From positions 1 through 25,365 of the IMG/VR virus record IMGVR_UViG_3300035042_000015: DNA of 25,365 nucleotides; one strand, written 5' to 3'. The notes beneath the pieces were generated by a model. That model searched no databases and was not told where the DNA came from. It worked only from the letters and a program-made list of their open reading frames with translations. The stretch comes from a virus (Duplodnaviria; Caudoviricetes). Numbering within the stretch: the first letter of the stretch is position 1; every line of letters begins with the position of its first letter. A program made the translations under genes and the position numbers. Shown here piece after piece: positions 1-8,243 of the stretch.

Positions 1-305
1 TAGTAGTCGCCGTCCACGCCCAGGGCGGCGTCCGGAGCGCCGGTGCCGGACAGGATCGTGTTGCCGTCCGCGCCGTCTTGGCCGTCTGTCCCATCGGTGT
101 AATCCACCCCCTTGACCGGGGTGACGCCGTCCGTTCCATCCTGGCCGTCAGTGCCGGGCAGGACGATACCGGCGGGCCAGGCTCCGGCGGCCTTGGGGCC
201 GTAGATCGTCGTGGTGGCGGTGTCCATGTAGTAGTCGCCGTCCACGCCCAGGGCGGCGTCCGGAGCGCCGGTGCCGGACAGGATCGTGTTGCCGTCCGCG
301 CCGTC
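1..305. repeat. Perfect 77-bp direct repeat (1-77 and 229-305), offset 228 bp = 76 codons
   Basis: Identical tagtagtcgccgtccacgcc...ttgccgtccgcgccgtc in both copies, encoding the DGADGNTILSGTGAPDAALGVDGDY module; the first copy is cut by the window edge. Confidence 0.95.
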
Positions 306-476
306 CGTACCGCCACCTTCCCCGCCGGTCTGCCAGACGTCGCTGCCCAGCTCCTCGTCGATGGCCGTCACGATCTCGGGGCCGGTCATGGCGGTGGAGC
401 TGGTCGGGAACTGGCCTACCTCAACGACTACGATCCGCTCCGAAGTGGTGACCTCGATCACTGCGATATTGCTCAT
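1..476 (-). CDS. Collagen-like/repeat tail-fibre protein, N-terminal part (3' end runs off the window; missing from the ORF track)
   Basis: ATG at 476 overlaps the TGA of the 473-811 gene (ATGA). Frame is open to position 1: MSNIAVIEVTTSERIVVVEVGQ...GTDGADGNTILSGTGAPDAALGVDGDYYMD...GTDGQDGTDGVTPVKGVDYTDGTDGQDGADGNTILSGTGAP. Gly-X-Asp triplets and a duplicated module are visible. Confidence 0.85.
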   Translation of the reverse strand, partial: MSNIAVIEVTTSERIVVVEVGQFPTSSTAMTGPEIVTAIDEELGSDVWQTGGEGGGTDGADGNTILSGTGAPDAALGVDGDYYMDTATTTIYGPKAAGAWPAGIVLPGTDGQDGTDGVTPVKGVDYTDGTDGQDGADGNTILSGTGAPDAALGVDGDY

Positions 477-811
477 TGGGTCACCCCCAGGGTCAGGCTG
501 ATATTGCCGCGCAAGATCGTCCGGGTATGGCCGTCCGCGTCCTCGTACTCCACGTCGTAGACGCCGGGCCGCGTGACCGAGGCGGTCTGCTCGGCGGTGG
601 CGCTCAAGACGATATACCCCTCGTCCAGGCGGGAGTGGTCCACGGTGAACTCGATCAGGAGCTCACCGCTGGGCTCGGTGCGCATCTGCGAGCGGAATAC
701 CAGGCCGGTCAGGTCAATGCCGACCTCGGCGGCCACGGTCTCCTTGGCCCGCAGGGGTATCTCGAACGAGTCGCCTTGAGTCATGTGCAGGTCACAGTAA
801 CCGGGTTCCAT
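473..811 (-). CDS. Small phage tail/baseplate-associated protein (BppU/LtfC-like beta-sandwich adaptor)
   Basis: 112 aa with DL.MTQGD..., DLTG...R.Q.R, I.LS.TAEQT, GVYDVE and T.L.G motifs typical of small fibre-attachment adaptors; RBS GGAGG upstream; coupled to the next gene. Confidence 0.65.
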   Translation of the reverse strand: MEPGYCDLHMTQGDSFEIPLRAKETVAAEVGIDLTGLVFRSQMRTEPSGELLIEFTVDHSRLDEGYIVLSATAEQTASVTRPGVYDVEYEDADGHTRTILRGNISLTLGVTQ

Positions 812-814
812 GGG

Positions 815-1447
815 CTATGCCTCCGGGGCCTCGGGCCAGGTCACGGTGGTGGGGAACCCCGCCTGAGCGGGCACGTCGCAAAGCTCCTCGCGGTACGCGT
901 CCCAGGCGGCCAACCCCTCTTCCAGGGCCGTGGTGTCGCCGCCGGAGGCCTGGGCCAGGCGAATCTGCCGTTCCAGCTGGAGGACTATGCCGTCGCAATC
1001 GGCCAGGCGCTGGTCCCGGTCCGTGCGCTCGTGCTCGGCCCGGAGGTCGGTGTTGTACTCCCAGGCCTCGCCGGTCCAGGTCGAATAGACCCCGTCCACG
1101 GGTTCCTGCGCGGTGTAGCCGTCCGGCACGGCCGCGCCGGGCAGGATGTACATGCGCTCCCGCTTGGCGGTGGACCAAACGGGCGTCTTGTCCAGTACCG
1201 GGTAGCTGATGACCAGCCAGCCGTCGGTCATGGTCTCCTCGGGCTCGCCCTTGTACTGGCTGTTGATGTCGCCGGGCCACGCCTCGTAGGTGACCGGGGT
1301 GACGCCGATCACGGCTATGCGGGCGATCCATTCAGCCTCGGTTTCGGCGGACCGCAGGGACAGGTAATGGCTCGGGAATATCTGGCCGTTGTGGGAGACC
1401 TGCCGGGCCGGGCCGATAGTGCCGTCGCTGTATTGGTAATGTTGCAT
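815..1447 (-). CDS. Tail fibre assembly chaperone (Tfa / phage tail assembly chaperone-like)
   Basis: C-terminal WDAYREELCDVPAQAGFPTTVTWPEAP is the typical tail-fibre-chaperone ending; Tfa-like PDGYT..EP...WTGEAW segment; RBS AGGAG. Confidence 0.85.
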   Translation of the reverse strand: MQHYQYSDGTIGPARQVSHNGQIFPSHYLSLRSAETEAEWIARIAVIGVTPVTYEAWPGDINSQYKGEPEETMTDGWLVISYPVLDKTPVWSTAKRERMYILPGAAVPDGYTAQEPVDGVYSTWTGEAWEYNTDLRAEHERTDRDQRLADCDGIVLQLERQIRLAQASGGDTTALEEGLAAWDAYREELCDVPAQAGFPTTVTWPEAPEA

Positions 1448-1456
1448 GATATGCTC

Positions 1457-2638
1457 CTATGCCGGGTCGATTTTTTGGGTGAGAAATGCGCCATCCGCGC
1501 CGTCGCCGCCGTTGCGGGCGGAGTAGTTCGGGAATTGCCCGCCGGGGCCTCCATCCATGCCGGACGTGATGTCCTCGGACAGGGTGCCCGAGTACAGCAG
1601 GGCCCACAGCCCGCCGCCGGAACCGCCGCCCCCGCCATCCATAGCGCCGTTGTAGAGTATCGGACCGCCGGGAGACCCCTGCGAGGAGAACACGCCGGTT
1701 CCCAGAATGTCGCCATTGACGACGGCTATGCCGAGCCCGCCGGTGCCGTCCTCGGCCGTGCCTCCATTCGTGGCGGCATCCGGTCCGTCCGCGCCTGCGG
1801 GGTTTCCAGCGCCGCCATACGCCTGGGGCGTGGGATCGTCCTGCGGGGCGTCCGCGCCCGCCCCGCCGTAGTCGTCGCCGGGGTTGCCCGCAAACTGGCC
1901 TGAGCTGTCGCCGGACATGCCGCTGCCGCCAGGCCCGCCAGAGAAACAGGTGGCGTCGCCGCCCGGCCCGCCTGGGTAATCCGGGTAGGTGCTGATTCCT
2001 CCGCCGCTGCCGCCGCCGCCCGGTCCGGTGGGGTGCGTGTCCCCGGCCGCCTGGGTGGGTTGCGCGACGCCGCCGAGCCCGGCCACGCGCGGGATGGTGA
2101 GGACGAACCCGTTGGAGACCGGCGGTTGATGCAGCTCCGAGGATCGCGCCGCCGTGCCGCAGCCGGACAGGTCGCTGCTGCCGGAGTCGGTGCCGCCCTC
2201 CGCAAACCGGGCGATGACCAGTCCGTCCACGGACACGGGGTTGCCGTCGCTGGGCGCGACCGGTGTATTGGCCGTGACCACGGCGTCGGCCGGGTTGGCG
2301 TGGCACCCGCAGGCGGTCAGCGACATGTCGCCGTTGTTGGTCAAGTTGCCGGAGCAATAGAGCAACAGGCCCCGGCAGCGGTTGGCCAGGGTCGGAGCCA
2401 TGCCCGCGTCCACGGTCCAGCTCCTCGCGTTGACCACGACCATATCGCCGTCCTGCACGGACGGAATGGACACGACCGAGCCGACCAGTATCCAGGTTGC
2501 TATGGTCGTCCACGTCACACCGCCGTCAAAGGATTGCTCCGCCCCGGTCGAAGTGATGCGGATGTCGCCGTCTTCGCCCGTGCCGAAATAGTTGCCCTGT
2601 CCCTGGGCGGCCATGATGTTGCGCTTGAGCCAGGCCAT
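1457..2638 (-). CDS. Glycine-rich tail-tip adhesin / receptor-binding protein
   Basis: 393 aa with many GGxGG/GGGGSGGG motifs in the C-terminal half; lies between the fibre anchor and the fibre chaperone; start coupled to the upstream stop. Confidence 0.7.
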   Translation of the reverse strand: MAWLKRNIMAAQGQGNYFGTGEDGDIRITSTGAEQSFDGGVTWTTIATWILVGSVVSIPSVQDGDMVVVNARSWTVDAGMAPTLANRCRGLLLYCSGNLTNNGDMSLTACGCHANPADAVVTANTPVAPSDGNPVSVDGLVIARFAEGGTDSGSSDLSGCGTAARSSELHQPPVSNGFVLTIPRVAGLGGVAQPTQAAGDTHPTGPGGGGSGGGISTYPDYPGGPGGDATCFSGGPGGSGMSGDSSGQFAGNPGDDYGGAGADAPQDDPTPQAYGGAGNPAGADGPDAATNGGTAEDGTGGLGIAVVNGDILGTGVFSSQGSPGGPILYNGAMDGGGGGSGGGLWALLYSGTLSEDITSGMDGGPGGQFPNYSARNGGDGADGAFLTQKIDPA

Positions 2639-3204
2639 TAGCTCACCTCGGCAAAACCGTTGTTCGCCATGTACCAGGGCTCAACGGCTTCGGTGTTGGG
2701 GTTGTAGACCGGCAGCAACTGGAGCAGGTCACGGGCGTTGGCACCGGAGGAAACCTCGTAGCCCGAGCCGCCTACCGCATAGAGCCCGGCGGGAACAGAG
2801 AGCGCCCACCCGCCCGTTGCGTCCTGTATGATGGCCAGGTCGTAGGACCCGCCCGCCTCATAATTGCTGATCGAAAACGTGGTCACATCCTCGGTCAGGT
2901 ACAGGATGGCCGAGGGAGAGGCGTTGCAGTCCCAGACCACGGCCCCGGCGTCGATCTCCAGCGCGACCTGGGCATAACGCTGCGCCTGGCTCCAGGCATG
3001 GGTCAGACCAAACAGGCCGGTGATGATTTGATCCTGGGCCGCGCTGTCCAGCTCCAGGCCGAGGCCTTCCACCAAGTTGACCAACTCCTCCTGGATCATG
3101 TTCAGCCAATCCTCGTCGACCACGGTCGCGGGCACCCCGGACGTGGGGTTGCCTTCGGTGAACAGGTGGTCCTCGGTCGCGTACTCGTTTTGGGTGCGTT
3201 GCAT
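2638..3204 (-). CDS. Short tail-fibre anchor protein (Mu gp49/S N-terminal-like)
   Basis: FTEGNPTSGVPATVVDEDWLNMIQEELVNLVEG.G..LD...DQ is the baseplate-attachment N-terminus of Mu-like fibres; directly follows gp48; RBS GGAGAGGAG. Confidence 0.85.
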   Translation of the reverse strand: MQRTQNEYATEDHLFTEGNPTSGVPATVVDEDWLNMIQEELVNLVEGLGLELDSAAQDQIITGLFGLTHAWSQAQRYAQVALEIDAGAVVWDCNASPSAILYLTEDVTTFSISNYEAGGSYDLAIIQDATGGWALSVPAGLYAVGGSGYEVSSGANARDLLQLLPVYNPNTEAVEPWYMANNGFAEVS

Positions 3205-3207
3205 GTT

Positions 3208-3801
3208 CTACTCCTCTCCATAGGCAAAGATTAACATGGTGTGGGCCGGAGCCAGTCTGGACATCCGGCACTCGAAAAGCTCATTCCCCCACTTGGCCAG
3301 GGCGTCGCCTGCGGCATTGCCGCCCGCCTCGAACGGCTGCACCGTGGTCTCGGGGGCCCGGACGCGCCAGGCGAAAGTCCAATCCCCGTTTGTCAGGGAA
3401 TCGCCCGCGGCCGCCCCTCCGGCCCGGAACGGCCGGAACTCTTCCACGGTGATGACCACCCCCAAGGTCGCGGCCAGCTCGGTGAAATAGGCAACACTTT
3501 GCCCCCCCTGGGCGGCGATGGTCAGGTGACAAGCCTGGCGGCGTTCCTGGAGAGTCTCGGCGTCCTGGGAGCAATCGCCGGGCAGGCCGCAAACACGCTC
3601 CCAATCCGAGAGCAGCTCCAGGGCCGTGCGCGGGTCGGCCTCCCCCAGGAGGTCGCCGCACCGGCCGTCCACGCGGGCCAGCTCGTCGGCCAAGGCCAAC
3701 AGAAGCAGGCCCCATACGCTGTCCGTGTCCGACGGCAGGGCCATGCCGGACGGGGCCAGTGCCATCAACTGGTCGCGGTACTGCTCGGCGGTCAGGCTCA
3801 T
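3208..3801 (-). CDS. Baseplate wedge protein, Mu gp48 / YmfQ (DUF2313)-like
   Basis: LP.G.A, EADPRT..ELL.DWER.CGLP, GGQS..YF...A..LG and EC......PAHT motifs; start reassigned to the ATG at 3801 (ATGA overlap with gp47). Confidence 0.9.
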   Translation of the reverse strand: MSLTAEQYRDQLMALAPSGMALPSDTDSVWGLLLLALADELARVDGRCGDLLGEADPRTALELLSDWERVCGLPGDCSQDAETLQERRQACHLTIAAQGGQSVAYFTELAATLGVVITVEEFRPFRAGGAAAGDSLTNGDWTFAWRVRAPETTVQPFEAGGNAAGDALAKWGNELFECRMSRLAPAHTMLIFAYGEE

Positions 3802-4856
3802 GCCAGTCCCTCCCAAGTGATGACGCCCAGGACCGGCAGTTCGCCGATCCCGAACTCAACGTCGGCCGAGGGCGAGACCAGCACATGGTCGGCCTCGCCG
3901 GTGGCCACGGATATGGCCTCGCGCAAGTGGCTGACCAAAACGGTCGAACCGGGCTCGGCCTCGTCCAGCAGCACGGCGGCCAGCTCCTCCTCCACGGCGG
4001 CTTGGACCGTGGCAGTGTTCGGCGACAGTTGGATGGTCATATCCAGGGCAACCGGAACCGGGGCCACCACGTAGACTTCGGCGGTCACCGGGCGCTGCTC
4101 CTGAAGATAGGCCAGGACGGCCGCCACCGTGGCGGCATCCGGGATGCCGTTCTCCGTGGTGTCGTCGGTCATGCAGCGCACAGTCACGGTGCCCGCGCCC
4201 ATTTCCTGCGGGTACACCCAGGCGCGAGTCACGCCGCTGATCTCCAGGGCCCAGGCTTCATAGTCAAAGTCAGCGCCGCCGTGCGGAGCCTGGCGGATGC
4301 GCGACAGGACGCGCGAACGCAAGTCCGCGTCGGTCTCATCGTCGGCCCCGCCGGATAGCTCCCCGGCCGTGGCCGTGGACTTGATGCCCTCCACGGCGGC
4401 CGATAGCGAGAGCTTGGTGCCCTCAGTGGTGTTGCCGCTCTCGCCAGCGTCCGTCGCTTCCACCGTCACCTCGGCCGTGCCGCCCTCAATGGTGGCTTCG
4501 GCGGTGGTCTCGAATTCCACGCCGTCGGCCCTGGCCAGGGCCGTGCCCTCGGGGATCACGCCGCCGTCTGCGCCGGAGAAGGTGACGGTGCCCGAGGACA
4601 CGCTGGCCTCCTTGCGGCGGATGCCCCAAATGGATGCCCAGCGGTCCAGCTGCTCGGTTTCGGCGGTGTCGGGCATGACCTGGTCGGCGATCCAATCCAG
4701 GTAGCCGTACAGGCCATGCACGGCCCCGGCCTCCACCGTGGCCAGGATGGCCAGCAGGGTGCGGCGCAGAGAGGCGTCGGCGTCCTCCAGGCGGGATTCG
4801 ATATCAGCCTTGGTTCGGGCGATCAGTTCGGTCAGGGTCGGGCGGTCAAAAGGCAT
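3798..4856 (-). CDS. Baseplate J-like protein (Mu gp47)
   Basis: MPF.RPTL, GADDETD.DLR.R, GG...DYE.WA, GV.RAWV.P...G.GTV motifs. Confidence 0.93.
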   Translation of the reverse strand: MPFDRPTLTELIARTKADIESRLEDADASLRRTLLAILATVEAGAVHGLYGYLDWIADQVMPDTAETEQLDRWASIWGIRRKEASVSSGTVTFSGADGGVIPEGTALARADGVEFETTAEATIEGGTAEVTVEATDAGESGNTTEGTKLSLSAAVEGIKSTATAGELSGGADDETDADLRSRVLSRIRQAPHGGADFDYEAWALEISGVTRAWVYPQEMGAGTVTVRCMTDDTTENGIPDAATVAAVLAYLQEQRPVTAEVYVVAPVPVALDMTIQLSPNTATVQAAVEEELAAVLLDEAEPGSTVLVSHLREAISVATGEADHVLVSPSADVEFGIGELPVLGVITWEGLA

Positions 4857-5302
4857 TACAGGTCCTCCCAGAGGTACTCGAATTTATAGCCGATGGCAGG
4901 CTCGGCGGGCTTGTAGAGACGAATTTCCAGGACCATGAATCCGGGACGGGAAAATTCGGCGGACACCTCCAGACTCTCGATCACGCCGTCCTCGACCATC
5001 CAGGCCAGGGCCTCCTCGGCGTATTCCTTGGCCCGCACCAGCACGGTCTGAAGCTGTTTCTCGCGGGAAAGCAGCCACAGGCGGGAGCCGATACGGTCGT
5101 CCAGGATGTCGGCGAAGGTGTCGGCCCACCAGCCCCGGCGGTTGCCGGTGTTGTCCGGCAGCTCGTCGTCGTCCTCGGCGCGGCGGTCGATGAACAGGGA
5201 CAGGATCACGGCCGTTTTCAAGGTGTCGTCGCGGACCAGGGCCAGATTTTCCAGGGACAGGTCCGCGCCCAGCTCCTTCCAGATCAATGCAGCATCAGCC
5301 AT
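4856..5302 (-). CDS. Baseplate protein, Mu gp46-like
   Basis: L.TAV.LSLF.DRRA..DD, RRGWW.D, GSRLWLL.REK, A.EYAEEALAW motifs; start placed at MADAAL (5302). Confidence 0.92.
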   Translation of the reverse strand: MADAALIWKELGADLSLENLALVRDDTLKTAVILSLFIDRRAEDDDELPDNTGNRRGWWADTFADILDDRIGSRLWLLSREKQLQTVLVRAKEYAEEALAWMVEDGVIESLEVSAEFSRPGFMVLEIRLYKPAEPAIGYKFEYLWEDL

Positions 5303-6014
5303 TGAGCGGCCCCCCGGTTTCTTCATCCCCGGACACGACGCCGCCGTGCGGGTGGGTCTCCAAGGTAATGTTATTGGAAGTGATGTCGCCCCCCGTGTTG
5401 GTCAGGCCGCCGGACATGGTCAGCGGGCCGTCGTTTCCGTGAACGGTCCCGTGAACCAACAGCCCGCCGCCGACTTCGAGGTCGCCGGTTACGACCGTTC
5501 TCGTACAATCCACGGTGGTTTCACCCTCCACCGTGGCGACAAGGTCACCACCGGCGTCAAGGGATACGCTGCCCGCGACCATGGCCGATGCGTCGCCCCC
5601 GGCCGTGGCCGAGACGTTGCCGGTGACGGTGGCCGCAAGGTCGCCCAGGATGGCAACCTCGGCCCCGGTTCGGGTGAGATGGATTTTCTGGCCGCGATCA
5701 TCGTACAGGGCGACCTCGCCGCCTTTTAGGTTGGTCAGCCGATAGCGCCGGTCGTCCACGTTGACGATCACGGTATGCGTCCGGTTGCCGCCAAGGGACA
5801 AGGCGATGGCCTCGGCTCCGGCCAAGGGCACGGAGGTAAACCCGTATTGTTGGAAGCGCTCCAGCCCCGCCAGGGTCTCGCCGCCCAGGAGCTTGGCCTG
5901 GACCTCCTGCAACAGGGGCTCGTCGTCGGTCATGGCCAGGACGGCGCGGGTGACCATGAGCGACAGTTTGCGCCGGATCGGACCGAGGGTTTTATGCAGC
6001 AGACGCGCTACCAT
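5295..6014 (-). CDS. Baseplate central spike, Mu gp45 / P2 gpV-like
   Basis: ERFQQYGFTSVP..GAE, DDRRYR..L..GEVALYD..GQ motifs and C-terminal H-x-H (THPHGGV); start placed at MVARLL (6014), overlapping the gp44 stop. Confidence 0.92.
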   Translation of the reverse strand: MVARLLHKTLGPIRRKLSLMVTRAVLAMTDDEPLLQEVQAKLLGGETLAGLERFQQYGFTSVPLAGAEAIALSLGGNRTHTVIVNVDDRRYRLTNLKGGEVALYDDRGQKIHLTRTGAEVAILGDLAATVTGNVSATAGGDASAMVAGSVSLDAGGDLVATVEGETTVDCTRTVVTGDLEVGGGLLVHGTVHGNDGPLTMSGGLTNTGGDITSNNITLETHPHGGVVSGDEETGGPLNG

Positions 6015-7039
6015 AAGTCGGTCGCCTCCGGGAGTTCGACCAGCACGAATGTCTCGCGCGGGACCAACTCCAGGACGGCGCGGAAGCCGTCGCGGTTCAG
6101 GGTCAGATTGACGCCGGAAATAAGGCGGTAATCGTCCAGGCCGAGGTAGGCGTCCCGGACGCGGACCAGGTGGTTGGGCTCCCACAGGCCGTTGGCATGG
6201 AACCAGCCGGGCACGGTGTAGGACAATCGCCGTGAACGACCGAAGCGAACATTGCGCTCCCACTCGGCCCGTTTGGCGGCGGCGGCCTTATCCACGGAGC
6301 TTTCTGCCAGCACGGTCAGCGGCCGGTACCGGGTTATGGCCGAATCGGAGGCCGAGCCCATGGGCTGGGCGGCATCCTCGCCGTACCAGTCGTTCGATCC
6401 GGCGGTCTGTCCCTTGACCGTGTACTTGCTGTAACGGTCCCGGTGAGAGTAGCGGGCCTCGCACTCCAGGATGTTTTTGCCCGTGGCCAGGGCCGTGGAC
6501 AGGCGGTCGGTACCGGCGCGGGACAGGATCAGATTGCCCAGGCCGTCGGACAGGATCAGCACGGCCCTGATCCGGGCGGCTTGCTCCAGAGTCTCGAATA
6601 CGGTGTCTCCCTCGTTGTTCTTGAGGGTGGCGAACGCGGCCCCCACGTCGGTCAGGGACGACACGCCTATGCCGTAGGGCTTGCAAAGAGCCTTGGCCAC
6701 CTGGTCCAGGGTCCGGCCCGAAAATTGCGTAGACGGCGCGGAACAGTCCAGCAGGTCGCCGGTCAGGTCGCGCCCGGATACGGTGATCCCGTGGCGGCGG
6801 TCCGTGTAGGTCGGATTGGCGTCGTCTACGTACCCGGCAATGATCGGGGTGCCGTCCACCAGCACAGTGCAGGCCGCGCCGGGCCGGATAGGCCGCGCCG
6901 TGGAGGTACCGGCCCAGCGGTCGGTCAGGGTCAGGTCGAAGGCGGCGCAGAGGTACTCCATGGACCGGCGGATGGAGATTTGCTGCCAGCCACCGTACAG
7001 GCTGCCGTCCACCTTCAGGCGTACGTCGGGGTTAGCCAT
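6008..7039 (-). CDS. Baseplate hub protein, Mu gp44 (gpP)-like
   Basis: YGGW..I.I.RS, GRD.TGDL.DCS, R.S.YTVKGQ and W.PN..V.V.D motifs; synteny with Mu. Confidence 0.92.
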   Translation of the reverse strand: MANPDVRLKVDGSLYGGWQQISIRRSMEYLCAAFDLTLTDRWAGTSTARPIRPGAACTVLVDGTPIIAGYVDDANPTYTDRRHGITVSGRDLTGDLLDCSAPSTQFSGRTLDQVAKALCKPYGIGVSSLTDVGAAFATLKNNEGDTVFETLEQAARIRAVLILSDGLGNLILSRAGTDRLSTALATGKNILECEARYSHRDRYSKYTVKGQTAGSNDWYGEDAAQPMGSASDSAITRYRPLTVLAESSVDKAAAAKRAEWERNVRFGRSRRLSYTVPGWFHANGLWEPNHLVRVRDAYLGLDDYRLISGVNLTLNRDGFRAVLELVPRETFVLVELPEATDLW

Positions 7040-8243
7040 CGGTCAGCACCTTGAGGGTTATCCCGCCGGGCACCGCGCCGGGATGGCGAACCTTGTTGCG
7101 GGTGACGATCTCGTCAGCCCTGTCGGCGTCGCCGTAAACGGCATAGGAGACCACCAGTGCGGGCAAGGTTTCCGAGGGCGTGTACGAGCTCAGGACCGGC
7201 AGAGACTCGGCTGAGGCAAAGTCCTTGACCACGGCGGTGCGCAGGGTGGCCAGAGCCTGATAAATGGTGTCGTCGGCCGTTGCCGCCTCCTCGTCCAGGG
7301 CGTCCAACAGGGCCGTGCGGACCACCACGGCGTCGTCGTAGGTGGCGAAGTCCGTCTCGGACGCGCTGGTGGCGGCCTCGGCGACCAGAGAGGCCCGCAA
7401 CAGGCCGGTCACGGCCGTGGCATTGGTCTCGATGGTAGCCCCCACGGTGGACAACACCGACCTGGAGCCGGAGGAATAGGACGACGTCCCGGACGGCCAA
7501 GCGCTGGAACTCGTGAACAGGCTCAGGAGCAGGTTGTAGTTGGGCAGGTCAAAGGAAAAGAGCCCGTCAAACAGGGTCGCCAACTGGCTGGCCAGGGTGA
7601 TGGGAGATTCAAGCAGGGCCTCGACCTTGGCTTTCATGGCTATGATTCTGGTCAACGGATCGGTCAGCTTGTAGATAGGCCCGCAGGCCTCCTTGACCGC
7701 GTCGGACAGTTCGTCCAGGGAGCCGTCTATCTTGTCGAGCAGGCTTTCACGGGTCCGCTCCGGGCCGGAGGCATCCACGGTTTCGGAAAAGGCCGTCTTG
7801 GCCGCTTCGGTCAATGCCTCGGCCGCTTTCTCCACGGCCCAGGCTGTGTCCACGGCATCGTCCGGCAGCTCCACCGGGCCGCCCTCGACGAACTCGATGG
7901 AGAGCATGGCCATGCCGCCGTTCCGGGTCGATTCGCGGATACGCCATTCCTGCACGGCCACGGTGCGGGAGCCGTAATAGGGATGAACCAGTACGCCGTC
8001 GCCGTATGCGTCCAGTGCGTCCAGCAGGGCGTTGCGCCGGTCCATGTAGTCGTCGCCCAGGACAAAGGCCTCCACGCGGAAACGGTGAGCCTTGCGGCCC
8101 ATGTCTTCGGTGGCCGGTTTGTCGCGGAGCGGAAATTCCAGGGAGCGAGTCCTACGCCCGCCGTTTATGTCGTGGGAACGGACTTTGAAAGGAACGCCTC
8201 GGAAGCTGGCCGGGCGGCTGTCCAGTTCTTCGCGCCAGCTCAT
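7032..8243 (-). CDS. DNA circularisation protein, Mu gp43 (gpN)-like
   Basis: N-terminal W...L..ASFRGVPF, EFPLRDKP.TEDMGR and LVHPYYG; C-terminal PALV..Y..YGDA.RADEIV.RN.V.HP. Confidence 0.93.
   Translation of the reverse strand: MSWREELDSRPASFRGVPFKVRSHDINGGRRTRSLEFPLRDKPATEDMGRKAHRFRVEAFVLGDDYMDRRNALLDALDAYGDGVLVHPYYGSRTVAVQEWRIRESTRNGGMAMLSIEFVEGGPVELPDDAVDTAWAVEKAAEALTEAAKTAFSETVDASGPERTRESLLDKIDGSLDELSDAVKEACGPIYKLTDPLTRIIAMKAKVEALLESPITLASQLATLFDGLFSFDLPNYNLLLSLFTSSSAWPSGTSSYSSGSRSVLSTVGATIETNATAVTGLLRASLVAEAATSASETDFATYDDAVVVRTALLDALDEEAATADDTIYQALATLRTAVVKDFASAESLPVLSSYTPSETLPALVVSYAVYGDADRADEIVTRNKVRHPGAVPGGITLKVLTDG

Noticed and set aside
1-305. Possible diversity-generating retroelement TR/VR pair or CRISPR repeat
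   Set aside because: Copies are identical (no adenine-specific differences), in frame within one gene; no reverse transcriptase or cas gene in the window
815-3204. Mu G-segment-type invertible tail-fibre cassette
   Set aside because: All fibre genes are co-oriented; no inverted gix-like repeats or invertase seen within the window
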